Shown here piece by piece: positions 24,435-36,585 of a stretch of 64,000 bases of DNA. The position numbers were made by a program, and so were the translations under genes. Source of the DNA: Sphyrna mokarran (lineage: Eukaryota); assembly GCA_024679065.1 (NCBI GenBank), contig JAGIQG010000048.1, positions 186,001-250,000 of the forward strand, written 5' to 3'. Under the pieces are notes generated by a model. That model was not told the origin of the DNA, did no database searches, and worked only from the letters and a program-made list of their open reading frames with translations. Each line of letters opens with the position of its first letter. Position 1 is the first letter of the stretch.

Positions 24435-25306
24435 ACATAGAATAGAATCATAGGATCCTAGAGCAGAAGGGGGCCATTCAGCCCATCGATTCTGCACCAA
24501 CAGCAATCCCACCGAAGCCCTATCCCCGTAACGTAAAGTATTTACAATTCCCTCTGACACCAAGGGGCAACTTAACGCGGTCAATCAACTAAACCCCGCA
24601 CTGTGGGAGGAAACAGGAGCACCCGGAGGAAACCCAAACAGACACAGGGTGAACTTGCAAACTCCACACAGACAGTGACACAAGTCAGGATTTGAACTGT
24701 GAAGCAGCAGTGCTGTGCCTCCCCACCCCCTCCCGTAACATTTGAATGAAGTGGGATCGAGGAGCCTGATTAATATTCAAGTAGATAAGTTCCAGCGGGA
24801 AATTCTTCTGTTTGGAGTCATTCTTAGCACAAAGCAAGATGGTAATGGTTGTTGGAGGTCAAACATCTCAGCTGAGATATCACTGCAGGAGTTTGGCCGG
24901 GGACTGTTCTGGGACCAACAATCTTCTATCGCTTCATCAATGGGACATTCCATCCTATATTAGATTTACAAGGATGTTCCTGGATTGGGGGGCATGCCTT
25001 AGGTTGAGGGAGCTGGGTCTCTTCTCCCTGGAGAGACAAAGGTTGAGAGGCGACCTGATAGAGGTTTATAACATGTTGAGAGGAATAGATAGAGTGGATT
25101 CTCAGAGGCTATTTGCCAGGGCTGAAATGGTCGCTGCCGTCAGTGGTGGTAGAGGCGAACTCGCTGGGGTCTTTTAAGAGACTTCTGGATGAGTACATGG
25201 GATTTAATGGGATTGGGAGTTAGATAGTTCTATGGCCTGGTAGGTATAGATGTGATCAGCACAACTTGTGGGCTGAAGGGCCTGTTTGTGCTGTAGTGTT
25301 CTATGT
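24435..25306. mobile_element. SINE (- strand, 24435-24720) followed by CR1 fragment (+ strand, ~24830-25306); mirror 59826-60790
   Basis: SINE core GGGAGGAAACAGGAGCACCCGGAGGAAACCC; CR1 motif [22 protein letters not shown]. Confidence 0.75.
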
Positions 25307-25560
25307 AACATCATGCACCCTAACTCAAGATCCTCAATCACTCATCCTCACTCAAACACCTTCCCTCACTCACCGTCACTTACCCACCTTCTGATCATTC
25401 ACACACCACCACTCATCCACTCTCACTCTCGCATTCAATCACTACTCACTCCCACGCACTGACTTCCCTCACTCAGACTCACTCGAAATCTGTGTGGGGA
25501 GGTCGACAACGAGGCCAAGAAAGAGCTCAAGTAGCAGTTTGGCGATCAAATGTTGAGCTT

Positions 25561-25890
25561 GGCCCTGGGAGAGTAGAGAGCTGGAGGGAATCGCTGGGAG
25601 CTCGGGGGCCAGGGGGTAATAGCAAAGAGCCAGGCAAGGACAGGGGCTGAGGGGAAGGGGAACAGAGAGCCGGGGGAAAGGCCACACAGCCGGAGGAAAG
25701 GGCAGAGAGTAAGGGGAAAGAGTAGAGAGACCAGGGAAAGGGGAGAGAACAAGGGGGAAAAATGGGGGCACGATAAAGGGGCAGGGAGGCAGAAGAAAAG
25801 CCAGAGAGCTGAGGGAAAGGGCAGGAGAGTCAGGGGGAGAAGGTCAGAGTTGTGGGGGGGGAAAGGAGACAGAGGGTGAATGATGGAGAG
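25561..25890 (+). repeat. G/purine-rich tract with GAGCT, GGGCT and GGGGT motifs upstream of CH1; longer mirror at 58940-59463
   Basis: Strong G/A skew on the sense strand; repeated AGAGAGCTGAGGG- and GCAGAGAGCCGGGG-type units. Confidence 0.8.
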
Positions 25891-26138
25891 GCTTTCAGGG
25901 CCTTAATGGCCAACTCTTGAAAGATGGCCACTCATTATTGGCCACATTAACGTGTGATCCTTCAATGTTGCATTTATTTGAATCTGTAATCACGTTTAGA
26001 ATTTCCTGATCATTCAGTAAGTATTCATTCCAAAGGTATTTTTGAAGCAAAGTCACTAATCTTTCTGTGGAGTGAGAGGCAGTGAGTTGGAGAGAGGGAG
26101 GGACATCAATCAGTTTGAACACAGGCAATTTCCAAAAC

Positions 26139-26262
26139 TAGTGTGGAGATGCCGGTGATAGGTTGGTGGGGACACAGTAAGGAATCTCCCAACACCGGGT
26201 TAAAGTTTATTTGGAATCACGAGCTTTTGGAGCTCCTTCATCAGGTGAGTGGATGATCTGAA
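26139..26262 (-). mobile_element. Decayed Penelope-like terminal repeat; mirror 58530-58656
   Basis: TCAC-CTGATGA-AGGAGCTCC-AAAA-GCTC-GTGA (hammerhead core with GAAA changed to AAAA) and tail CCGGCATCTCCACA. Confidence 0.6.
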
Positions 26263-26788
26263 TGAAGAGAACTTCTTCATCACAAAGTGCTGTTGTTTGA
26301 GAAACAAATGGTTACAAATAATAGAGAGAATCTTTCCTGTTCTCTATTAATCCAATGAATGAGACGTCATTTAGAGACTATTGGAATGTTTATTTCCTTC
26401 TGAATTTGATGGAGGCGGAGACAGGGATTTGAGTTCCTACAGAGATGACGATTCCCAAATGAAAGAAGTAACATAATCTCAAAGGTGGATGGAAGTTTCA
26501 ATGGAGAAATGTTGGGATAAGTTCAGAATGGAACATAGAACATTACAGTGCAGTATAGGCCCTTCGGCCCTCTAATTCCAATCAACGTTCGAGATAGAAG
26601 CAGGAGTAGGCCATTCGGCACTTTGAGCTTATGCTGCCATTCACAGAGCTCATCAACATGCCTATTTCCCATATCCCTTTCTCACCAAGAGCTATATCTA
26701 CTATAGAAACCTACTTGTAACAAGTTTGTTGACTGAATAAACACAAATAAGAGTCTAACTTGTTCAATTGGCTATTTTTTTTTCCTAG

Positions 26789-27085
26789 CGACACCATCTT
26801 CACCCACTGTCTACGGCCTGATCTCCTCCTGTGGGCAACAGAGCTCCGGCTCCATCACCTACGGCTGTTTGGCGATGGATTACAATCCAGATGTCTCCAA
26901 ACTGACCTGGAAGAAAGATGGGCAGACCATCAACTCTGGGTTTAAGACTTTCCCATCAGTGAGAAACACTAAGGGAACCTACACCCTGAGCAGCCAGTTC
27001 ACCATCAGCGAGTCATCGGGAGAATGCCCCAATATTGGCTGTGAGGTTCGACATCTTGACTTTTCCAAGACCGTTCCAATGCCAT
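26789..27085 (+). CDS. IGHM: IgM CH1 exon, copy 1
   Basis: Acceptor TTTCCTAG|; TPSSPTVYGLISSC...YGCLAMDY...TWKKDG...YTLSSQF...IGCEVRH; donor T|GTAAG; in phase with JH. Confidence 0.95.
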
Positions 27086-27297
27086 GTAAGTGTTGTGCAG
27101 CTTGTGTAAAAGAGAAACACTGTGGTTAACATGTTGGGCTTTGGTTATAACTCATTTAAATAGATGTGCATAATCGGGCCCTCTGGATTGGTCCGGTTAG
27201 TGTCTATTGACTGCAAATGCGTTAGTAATACAGACAAAAGTTGAATTGATCCACATCTTCTGCAGGAAATGACTAATATGTTTTGTTTTTCCTGAAG

Positions 27298-27612
27298 GCT
27301 CTCCGCCTCCTATCCCTCCAACCGTTATCCTCACCGTGAGTTCCAGTGAACAAATCTCAAGCAGCAAATCAGCAACCATGGTCTGTTCAATCTTCGATTT
27401 CCAGCCAGGATCAATGACGGTGAAGTGGCTGAAGAATGGACAACGTGTGGATTCAGGAATTGTCACTGTTGCCCCCTGTGAAGTGAACGGGAACTTCTCG
27501 GCCAGCAGTCGGTTGACAGTCTTCGCTGGGGAATGGTACAGCAAAGCGGTCTATACCTGCCAGGTCACTCATGACGGAGTCACCCAGAGTCAGAACATCA
27601 GCGCATCTCAGG
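27298..27612 (+). CDS. IGHM: IgM CH2 exon, copy 1
   Basis: PPTVIL...[12 protein letters not shown]...VKWLKNG...[14 protein letters not shown]; AG/GT boundaries in phase. Confidence 0.95.
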
Positions 27613-28454
27613 GTAAGAGACTCAGAGGACAAAATTTATCATTCCGATGTTAATTGGAATTAGGGATCTATTAAAGTCGATACAACACATAGAACAACTT
27701 CATGCAGTTTGCTGCATTAGGACAATGCCTCCTTCAGAGTTTAATTAGGAAAAACAATTCCTTGTTATTCCTTCATGAGATGTGCATTTACTCCCCAAAC
27801 CCGGGGGCACTTAAATGTCAACCAGGTTGCTGTGAATCTGGAGTCACATGCATGCCAGGCCAGATAAAAACAGCAGGTTTATTTTGCTAAGGAGCATTTG
27901 TGAACTTGGAGGGGTTTAAGAGCAATGGCTTCACGATAACCATTTCCATTTCGAATTATAGATGTTTATAAAATTCAAATTTCACATTTGCAATGATGAG
28001 ATTTGAATCTGTGCCTCCAAAGTCTTGCCCAAGGTTACAAGTTCATTGACAACGCCATATATCACTGCCTCCCCTTGAAAGAGAGCCCCCTTCCGGTTTG
28101 AACTAATATAGTGAGCGAGGTGGCCTTGATGTCAGCTTCTCCTGAGACAGCTGGTAAGGTTTGGAGAGACAGTAGGGGGCAGACTGTTTCACAGCTCAGA
28201 GCACAGGGGTAAAATATTGGAAAGTTTATCCAATATTTTACCACCCTGTTTATAAACCAACGGTCGGTGTTTTTTCCCTGAGTTCAGGATGGTGTATTTG
28301 TTTGGGAATTCTGCAATGCTGATTCGTGGAAATGGTACCGCTGCTACAATATTTAATACAGGGAATCATTTCATAGAGCAAGCTGGTTTTCCATTCGCCA
28401 TGGAAGTTGAAAAGTGATAGTTAGAGATCGATATATTGAAGGCAATCTCGCCTC

Positions 28455-28945
28455 GTAAGAACATAAGAAATAGGGTTGGACGGCCGACTCCTGCTCCTTC
28501 GAGCCTGCCCCACCATTCAATAAGATCATGACTGAACTGAAGTGGATCAGTTCCACTTTCTCCCCAGAACCCTCAATGCCCTTGTCTATCAGAACCCCAT
28601 CTACCCGTGAGTTAAATACATTCAGCGAGGGAGCCTCCACCACTTCAATGAGAATTCCAACGATTCACCATCCTTTGAGTGAAGAAGTTCCTCCTCAACT
28701 CTGTTCTAAACAGCGGCCCCTCCTTATTTTGAGGCTGTGCCCCCTCTGGTTCTGGTTTCCTTTCTAAGTAGGAAGAATCTCTCTCCCTCTGCCCTATCCA
28801 TCCCCTTCATTATCTTATGTCTCTATAAGATTCCCCCCCCTCAACCTTCTGAACTCTAACAAGTACAGACCCAGTCTATTCAATCTCTCCCCATAGGCTA
28901 ACCCCCCCCTTCATCTCCGGTATCAGCCTGCTCAACCTTCTCCTT
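28455..28945 (-). mobile_element. CR1 3' fragment in the CH2-CH3 intron; mirror 55835-56320
   Basis: AAGAACATAAGAAATAGG tail; homologous to 6365-6830. Confidence 0.8.
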
Positions 28946-29012
28946 CAGGATGAAGATTACTGTCCTGCTTCTGAAGAGGGAACTGGGGTTCATTTTCATT
29001 TCTCATTCACAG

Positions 29013-29321
29013 GTCCTGATCCGTGCCCTGATTCCACAGTGAAGATCCAGCCACCCCGAGTAGAGCAGGTCTTACTGGAGGCGACCGTGACTTTAACCTG
29101 CATCATTTCCAATGCTCCTTATGGAGTTAATGTGTCCTGGATCCAAGAGGGGAAGTATGTGAAATCAGAGATTGCCGAAAAGCCAGGAACGAACCCTGAC
29201 AGCGTGATCAGCAAATTAAACACCTCGACACAAGCCTGGCTGAGCGCGGTTGTGTTTGAGTGCGTGGTGAGCCATCAGGACCTGCCGACTCCTTTAAGAA
29301 CATCCATCCACAAGGAAACAG
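29013..29321 (+). CDS. IGHM: IgM CH3 exon, copy 1
   Basis: Acceptor TTCACAG|; PDPCPD...[20 protein letters not shown]...AWLS...[13 protein letters not shown]; donor G|GTGAG. Confidence 0.95.
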
Positions 29322-29344
29322 GTGAGCTGAGAGATTGAGACAAT

Positions 29345-30072
29345 AATGTAGGGTCAATGGCAGCGTTCTGGGGAATGTGGAGGAACAGATCTTGGGGTTC
29401 ATACCCACAGATCTCTGAAGGTTGCCACTCAAGTGGATAGAGCCATGAAGAAGCTTCTAGTGTTAGTGTTTATTAACAGGGGGGTTTGAGTTTCAGAGCC
29501 GTGGGGTTATGCTGCAACTGTACCAGACCTTGGTGAGACCACTTTTGGAATATTGTTCAGTTCTGGTCACCTCACTATAAGAAGGATGTTGAAGCATTGG
29601 AGAGAGTGCAGAGGAGATTTACCAGGATGCTGCCTGGGTTTGGAGGGTAGGTCTTATGAGGAAAGGTTGAGGGAACTGGGGCTTTTCTCTTTAGAGTGGA
29701 GGGGGATGAGAGGTGACTTAGTAGAGGTTTATAGGATGATGAGGGGGATTGATAGAGTGGATGTGCAGAGACTATTTCCCCGGGTGGATGTAGCTGTTAC
29801 TAGGGGGCATGAATTATTAGGTTCATGGTGGGAGATATAGGAGGGATGTCCGAGGGAGATTCTTCACTCAGTGGTTGGGGTGTGGAATGCACTGCCTGCT
29901 GTGATAGTGCAGTCGGACACTTTAGGAACTTTCAAGCGGTTATCGGATAGACACATGGAGCACACCGGAATGATAGGGAGTGGGATAGCTTGATCTTAAG
30001 TTGGGACATAGCTCGGTACAACATCGAGGGGCCGAAGGGCCTGTGCTATGCTGTCCTGGTCTATGTTTCTAT
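29345..30072 (+). mobile_element. CR1 fragment in the CH3-CH4 intron; internally deleted mirror 54840-55430
   Basis: [15 protein letters not shown]...RGDLVEVY motifs and CTATGTTTCTAT tail. Confidence 0.85.
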
Positions 30073-30507
30073 ATAATTGCATCACTGTGTCTATCTCCAG
30101 TGGAAGTTTGCTGGTCAATAGTTAATATTCAGTGCATGAATGGTCTCGCCCCCAACTGGGCTGATGGATATTTTTACGGGGAAGTTTGATGAATGAAAAA
30201 GTGAACTGAAGGCGATGTTATTGGGTTTAGATCGCAAAAGAAGTGAGGAGCCTGATGTGGAGCATAAAAACCAAAAACTAAAATGTGGACCAGTTGGGCT
30301 GAGTGGCCTGATTCTGGGCTGTAAACTTTCCAATCCGCTCCCCGCTCTGGGTTATTTGAGAAAACAATTGTGCTCACCTCTCCTCCAAGCTGGAATTCAA
30401 AAATGGAAATAGTTAAAATCAACAGCCAAACACGTTTTCCTGATATCTAACCAGCATTCATTGTCTCCAGAATTCTCCAGTTTATTGACATTGTACATTT
30501 TCTGCAG

Positions 30508-30899
30508 ATCCAAACCCACGGGAACCGTTGGTCTCTGTCCTCCTGCCCTCGGCAGAAGAAGTCTCCGCTCACAGATTCGTCTCCCCCAGCTGCTTAGTGA
30601 GACGTTTCTCCCCCCGAGAGATCTTCGTCAAGTGGACCGTCAACGACAAGCCGGTGAATCCCGGGAACTACAGGAACACCGAGGTGGTGGCGGAGAACGG
30701 CAATAACTCCTTCTTCATGTACAGCCTGTTATCCATCGCAGCAGAGGAATGGTCCAGCGGTGCTTCTTACTCCTGTGTGGTGGGACATGAAGCCATCCCC
30801 TTGAAGATCATCAACAGAACAGTTGACAAATCCAGCGGTAAACCCAGTTTTGTGAACATTTCTCTTGCACTGATGGACACTGTTAATTCCTGTCAATGA
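30508..30899 (+). CDS. IGHM: IgM CH4 plus secretory tailpiece exon, copy 1 (internal donor for the TM form after 30837)
   Basis: SCLV..FSP..IFVKW...FFMYSLLSI...EEW...YSCVVGHEA; tail [20 protein letters not shown] with N-I-S sequon and penultimate Cys; AGCG|GTAAA donor. Confidence 0.96.
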
Positions 30900-30926
30900 G
30901 AATCACTCACTTCCATTAAAAACTTC

Positions 30927-30941
30927 AATAAAAATAATAAA
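30927..30941 (+). terminator. Secretory-form polyadenylation signals
   Basis: AATAAA at 30927 and 30936, ~30 bp after the stop codon. Confidence 0.75.
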
Positions 30942-31929
30942 AACATTTTCCTCTAACGAGAAATGAAATACCCAATTGTTTAATTGGTTTTTTTTCAGTT
31001 CCATTAAGTATCTTTGATTTGAGTCAAATATTCTCAGGTCTTGGACCTAAAATTGCTGAACCAGGGCTCCCAACGGGTTAGGGTTAGAGTAGAGCACGTT
31101 CATTGCAAAATATCTTCACTGACTTTCCTCCAGCTGAGGAAAAGATAATTTCAACATTTCTGACAAACACATTTTGACCTCTGTGTGTCCCTGCTTCTCT
31201 CATTGTCCATGTCTTTAATTTAGATGTCAGCTTTAAACTGCTGCACCAAACCCCCTGGGAACTGAAGTGAGGGTCACACACAAAGACATGGAGAAATCAT
31301 CACCCTCCCCATCGGATTGAGGGAGAGTGAAATTGTTAACATCCTAGATTCCCACTAACCCAGCAAAGAGAGGGGAGGAGCAGCAGCTAACCCATGCACC
31401 CCAACTTCCTCAATGAAAAGAGGGGGAATGTCATTATTTAATTCACTCTCCCTCCACCTCCTCAATGGTTAGAACCATCAGAGAGAAGTAAACTCGGAGC
31501 TCTCTCTCCCGTGTTTGGAAAGGAACGACTGTCTACTACAAGGACCCAGTTGCCAACGGTACAAATTCGTTAATTTCTTACAGATGTTGAAGTATCATTA
31601 TCTTAACCATTGTAATACATACATACGCAACATAATTCAAAACTATTTCAACACTGTTCCTGCTAATCATGTGCTGGCATTGATTTTCCCATAATACAAA
31701 TTTAAACAGGTAATAGAATCCTCCCCAGTTTTCACTGTTCTGTCCCTGACATCCATCAATGAATTATTTCATTCACTCTCCTGACAACACCCTCACACAG
31801 TACATTTATACAGTACATTATAAAGTACATTTATACAGCACAACTCTGAAAATATGCTCCATTATTCAGGTTCTCTGGATCACATTCATTTAACGATTGT
31901 TGGTAAAACTTGGTGCAACAGTTTAAAAA

Positions 31930-34012
31930 ATACACACACTGCTAATGCTGCAGAAAACTGTCAGAATTATAAATACACACATGGGTGTGCAGACACACTC
32001 ACAAACACACTCGCATACAGACACACGCTGACATACAGACTCACACATACTCGCACTGACACACACACACATACAGACACATGGACACAATTGCACAAAT
32101 ATACACACAAATACACATGCACACAAATATAGGACATAAATATACACACAAACCCATACACATAGCCCCACACACAGAAATATGGACAGGCACATTCAAA
32201 TACAGACACAGATTCACACAAATACACAACACACATGAATACGTACGCAAAAAGCACAGATAAATTCATAAATACAAATGCACATTCACGGACCATAAGT
32301 ACACACAATTTCTGTACAAACACACACGGTCCCACAAATACACTAATGGACCACATCTACAAACAAAAATACATCCATACACAAATACTCTCTCTTTCTC
32401 TCGCTCTCGGTCTCTCTCTGTCCCACAAGCACCATGTACACACATACACACCCACACATATACAGAACACACAGGCATACACCCACACAGATAGAACATT
32501 ACAGCACAGAAGAGGCTCTTCGCCCTTCGATGTTGCTCCAACCAATTAGAAAAAAGCAGTGACCCTCTAACCTAAACCATTCCCTTTTCATCCATCAACT
32601 TATCCACTAACCTCTTAAACGCCACCAAACTTGGCGCATCTACAACTGCAGCAGGCAGGGCATTCCATACCCTTACCACCCTCTGGGTAAAGAACCTACC
32701 TCTGATATCCGTCCTATAACTACCACCCCTTAATTTAAAGCAATGTCCCCTCGTGCTAGCTTTCTCCATCCTAGGAAAAAGGCTATCACTGTCCACCCTA
32801 TCTAAACCTCTAATCATCTTATGTGTTTCAATAAGGTCTCCTCTTAGCTGCCTTCTTTCCAACAAAAACAAACTCTAATCCTTCAGCCTCTCTTCATAAG
32901 ACCTGCATCCATACCAGGCAACATCCTGGTAAACCTCCTCTGTACCCTCTCCAATGCCTCCACATCATTCTTATAATGCGGGGACCAGAACTGCACACGA
33001 TACTCCAAGTGCGGCCGCACTAGAGTTTTGTACAGTTCCAACATGACGTTGCGGCTCCGAAATTCAACCAATAAAAGCTAAGACTCTATGCCTTCTTAAC
33101 AACCTTCTCGACTTGATTGCCAACTTTCAGGGATCTATGCACATATACACCAAGATCCCTCTGTTCATCAACACTATTAAGAGTCCTACCATTAGCCCTA
33201 TACTCTACACATTTTAGACAGGTACTTGTACAAGAAAGCACAAAAAAATGCACACAAATTATCAAATATGTACAAACACATGCAGAAACACATACAAACA
33301 CACAAGTACACACACACCTGAACATATGTGACAGGGTACACAGACCTGAACGCAAACACATGTATGAACACCTGCTATACGAACAGATAACATTGATGCA
33401 GATCCAAAACATACAAACACATACATGCACTCAAACAAATACATATTCTCACACGTTCACGCTGAAATGAAATGATATGAATAGAGACCCACAATGTTAT
33501 ACATATTATCACTTATACGGGGAGATACAGATAACAATATTAACACACTGCAAATAGATGAACAGAGAGCATATAGATGAACAAACGCAAACATGTGGAT
33601 GCAAACATTCACATGCTCATACAGAACACCACAGCACATAATACTACACATGGAAACATATACATACACTGACACATCGCTATAAATAACTAACAACATG
33701 GCTATACATGCAGTAACATGTTAACAGATACACGAAGGAACAAACACACAGAAAGGGAAGGAAACGTTACTCGACTGACAGAAATTAACACATTGAAAAA
33801 GGCAGAGACACGTGCACACATTAAGAGAGACGTTAATAAATGCACAGAGACTTCACACAGTAATAATCATTTATCCACAATAACTGGAGAATAAAACATA
33901 CAACCAAAAACAGCAACTACACAAATCAACAAACACAGGCAAATGAACAATTTCATTAACACTCACACACATTTAACTCAGGACCAAAGAGTAATGTAGC
34001 TCACAAAGTGTT

Positions 34013-34050
<38 letters not shown>
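31930..34050. repeat. CA-rich low-complexity tract with embedded CR1 fragment (32491-33210, - strand); mirror 50880-52990
   Basis: CA-rich composition; CR1 ORFs 32572-33071 (LEYRVQFWSP, FFTQRVVRVWNALP). Confidence 0.85.
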
Positions 34051-34052
<2 letters not shown>

Positions 34053-34611
34053 ATCTTAAATACAAGCGGCAGGCAAATGATGAAAGTAACATTTAAATGT
34101 GAATTTTAATGCTCATATCCACCCACAACTATCCTGATGCACAACGCACCGCCAAACACGTTGAGAAACTGAATTGAGCTCATGATTTACTAAACAAACC
34201 CACCGTAAATAAACAAAGATCGGAAATTATATCCCAACTCTTAAACAGCAGCATTCACAGTTACAGATCTGACACCGTCTGTGAGAACAATCATCAGTTT
34301 CTCCATATCAATCATAACATTCTTCAATGAGGGATACTGGCAAATACTTCAAAATGAACTGATTCTCAAGGCAACATCTTCAGCGCTTCCTGACACAAAC
34401 AGTCCAAGGAATGTACATAAGGATCAGGCATGAAAATATTTACAGAGATCGGTTACTCAGTGTCCTGAACTTAATGGTAAACATACATTGAAAACTATAC
34501 AAGAGACCGAATGAATGGTTTATGAAGGAGAACAGGGAACAGAAAAATAACAATAACATTCCCGGGATAAATAAAGTAATCTAATTTCAATTTCTGGTCT
34601 CCGTCCCCTAG

Positions 34612-34739
34612 ACCCCACCGACCGCACCTGGATTGAAGACAACGAGGACGATAACAGCAACATCTGGACAACCGCTTCCACATTCATTGTCCTGTTCTTC
34701 CTGAGCATTTTCTACAGCACCGCAGTCACTCTGGTGAAG
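34612..34739 (+). CDS. IGHM: IgM TM1 exon, copy 1
   Basis: Acceptor CCCCTAG|; (D)PTDRTWIEDNEDDNSNIWTTASTFIVLFFLSIFYSTAVTLVK, with the antigen-receptor TM pattern WTTASTF..LF.LS..YS; donor AAG|GTGAG; not in the ORF track. Confidence 0.95.
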
Positions 34740-34879
34740 GTGAGATGGTTCAGTTCACTCACATTTCAAACTGGCAGAACAGATTTGACAGATCTCTCAA
34801 TGTTTCACTAATTAAAAACTGTAACATTAATGTCCCACATCACAAACATCTGCTTCATTATTGTCTCTTTATTTTACAG

Positions 34880-34888
34880 ATCAAATGA
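34880..34888 (+). CDS. IGHM: IgM TM2 exon coding part (I-K-stop), copy 1
   Basis: TTTTACAG|ATC AAA TGA; AATAAA signals at 35332 and 35343. Confidence 0.88.
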   Translation: MK

Positions 34889-35929
34889 TGGGTTGAATTT
34901 TGGAAACTGCAGATTTCCCTCAGCTGATGATCAACACCTCTGTATGGCTCATATACAATATCTGCTCTTGGTGAATCTATCAGTAAAATTCTCTCAGTTT
35001 ATCATTCTGAATCGGAGGCAATCATAGAGCTTATTTCAGTTTTCAATGTGAAATATACCATTTTTTTTGTTATAATGTAATTGTGGTTAATAGTTTCCCT
35101 CTAGTTTAAAGATCATGTATAAATAAGAAACTTTTCTCATTCCTTATTCATGTTTGTTAATTCCTCTTTCTATTACGGTCCTGTTTTCTCTTTCTGGTGT
35201 ATGTAACAGATGTACAAATATTGATGGATTCCCTGGACGTGTTCTGTTCTTAGTGTGAAGCTCGATCGCTCTGTTCATTTTTCTAACTTTAAAAAAAATA
35301 CTTTCGCTGTAAAATATTCTCTTAATTTTTAAATAAATTTTAAATAAAAATTTAACTATCTCTGGTTTGCCTTAATTCCGTTCTGCTAAACCCATCCACT
35401 CCGTTCCATTTCCCTATTATATGGTTTTCGCCCCCTTTCCCAGACAGGAATATTCCCCCCAGTTATGTGTGGGATGTGGTTGAACTCAAAACCCTTTAGC
35501 CACTGCGCCGTCCAGTGACCCATCTGTGTAAAGGCACCTTCATCTCTGCCTTTTTAATAAGAAAATGCAGGGACGGAATGAATTAAGAATGAGGAGAACC
35601 TCAGTCATTTCACTCATAAACTGGTCTGTCACTGACAGAGTTTCAGGTAATTCTAAACAGCAAAAGGCTCTGCTTCCTCAGAGGCCGATGCAGGAGAGTG
35701 TGCGGCAGAAGATAATTTCTTTCACACTGCCCCAGTAAAACACCAGCAGTGTCGCTGCAGCGTGGGTTAACCGAATTTCTCAATATATCCTCCGATTGAA
35801 TACTTCCAAGGCAGTCATAACATCTAACATCTACAATCAAAAACTAATCAATTATAGTCAAAAACTAATCAATTATCGATTTCATACCGATCATTCCCGC
35901 CTCATATTAGTTTAAAATCAATTACACTC

Positions 35930-36585
35930 CACCATTCAATCGTGATGGGTTTCTCATTCCTATTTTCCTGCCCTCTCTACATAACCCAAGATCACTTTCT
36001 TGACTAAGAACCTATTTAACTCTGTCTGAAAGACACCCAGTGACCTGACTCCCCCACAGGCCTCTGCGGCGATGAGTTCCACAGATTCAGCACCACCCCC
36101 TCCTCCCCCCTACCCCCGTGTGAAGGAATTCCGCCTCAGCTCATAGAATCCCTACAGTCCAGAAGGAGGATATTCAGCCCATCAACAGCGAGGAGGAATA
36201 TTCCCACAAGATGCTGGAAGTGATTGCAGTAAACAAAATTGAAAAGTGTAAATGTAGACAATTTTTTCGTATGCACAATCAAGAGTTGCATATGAAATGT
36301 ATAGCTTGAGGAGATGGTAGATTTAAATCAGAGATTTAAAGCATCTCTGCTTCTCACAGAGGATGGTGAATTTATAGAATGCATTGCCCCATAGCGCTGT
36401 GGAGTTTCAATCATTAAATGATTTTTGAAGAAGGAGACGTATATATTCCTGAGAGTAAGAGGGATGAGGTGATATTGGAACAGGTGGGGAGATGGATTTG
36501 AGACCTGGGAGAGATCAGTCATGAACTGATTACAAAGAACAACACAGCACGGGAAACAGGCCCTTTGGCCCAACGAGCCCACGCT
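35930..36585. mobile_element. Degenerate CR1/SINE fragments; mirror 48346-49000
   Basis: CR1 3' UTR-like pieces and a SINE tail ACAAAGAACAACACAGCACGGGAAACAGGCCC. Confidence 0.55.

Noticed and set aside
31075-31090. Telomere-like GGGTTAGGGTTAG
   Set aside because: Only two units; expected by chance
34495-34708. - strand ORFs over the TM region (and mirror 50229-50442)
   Set aside because: Antisense shadows of the TM1 exon
16382-34888. IgW, IgNAR or germline-joined IgM identity
   Set aside because: Four C exons with a mu-type tail, two D segments, conventional VH framework 2, and all RSSs unrearranged
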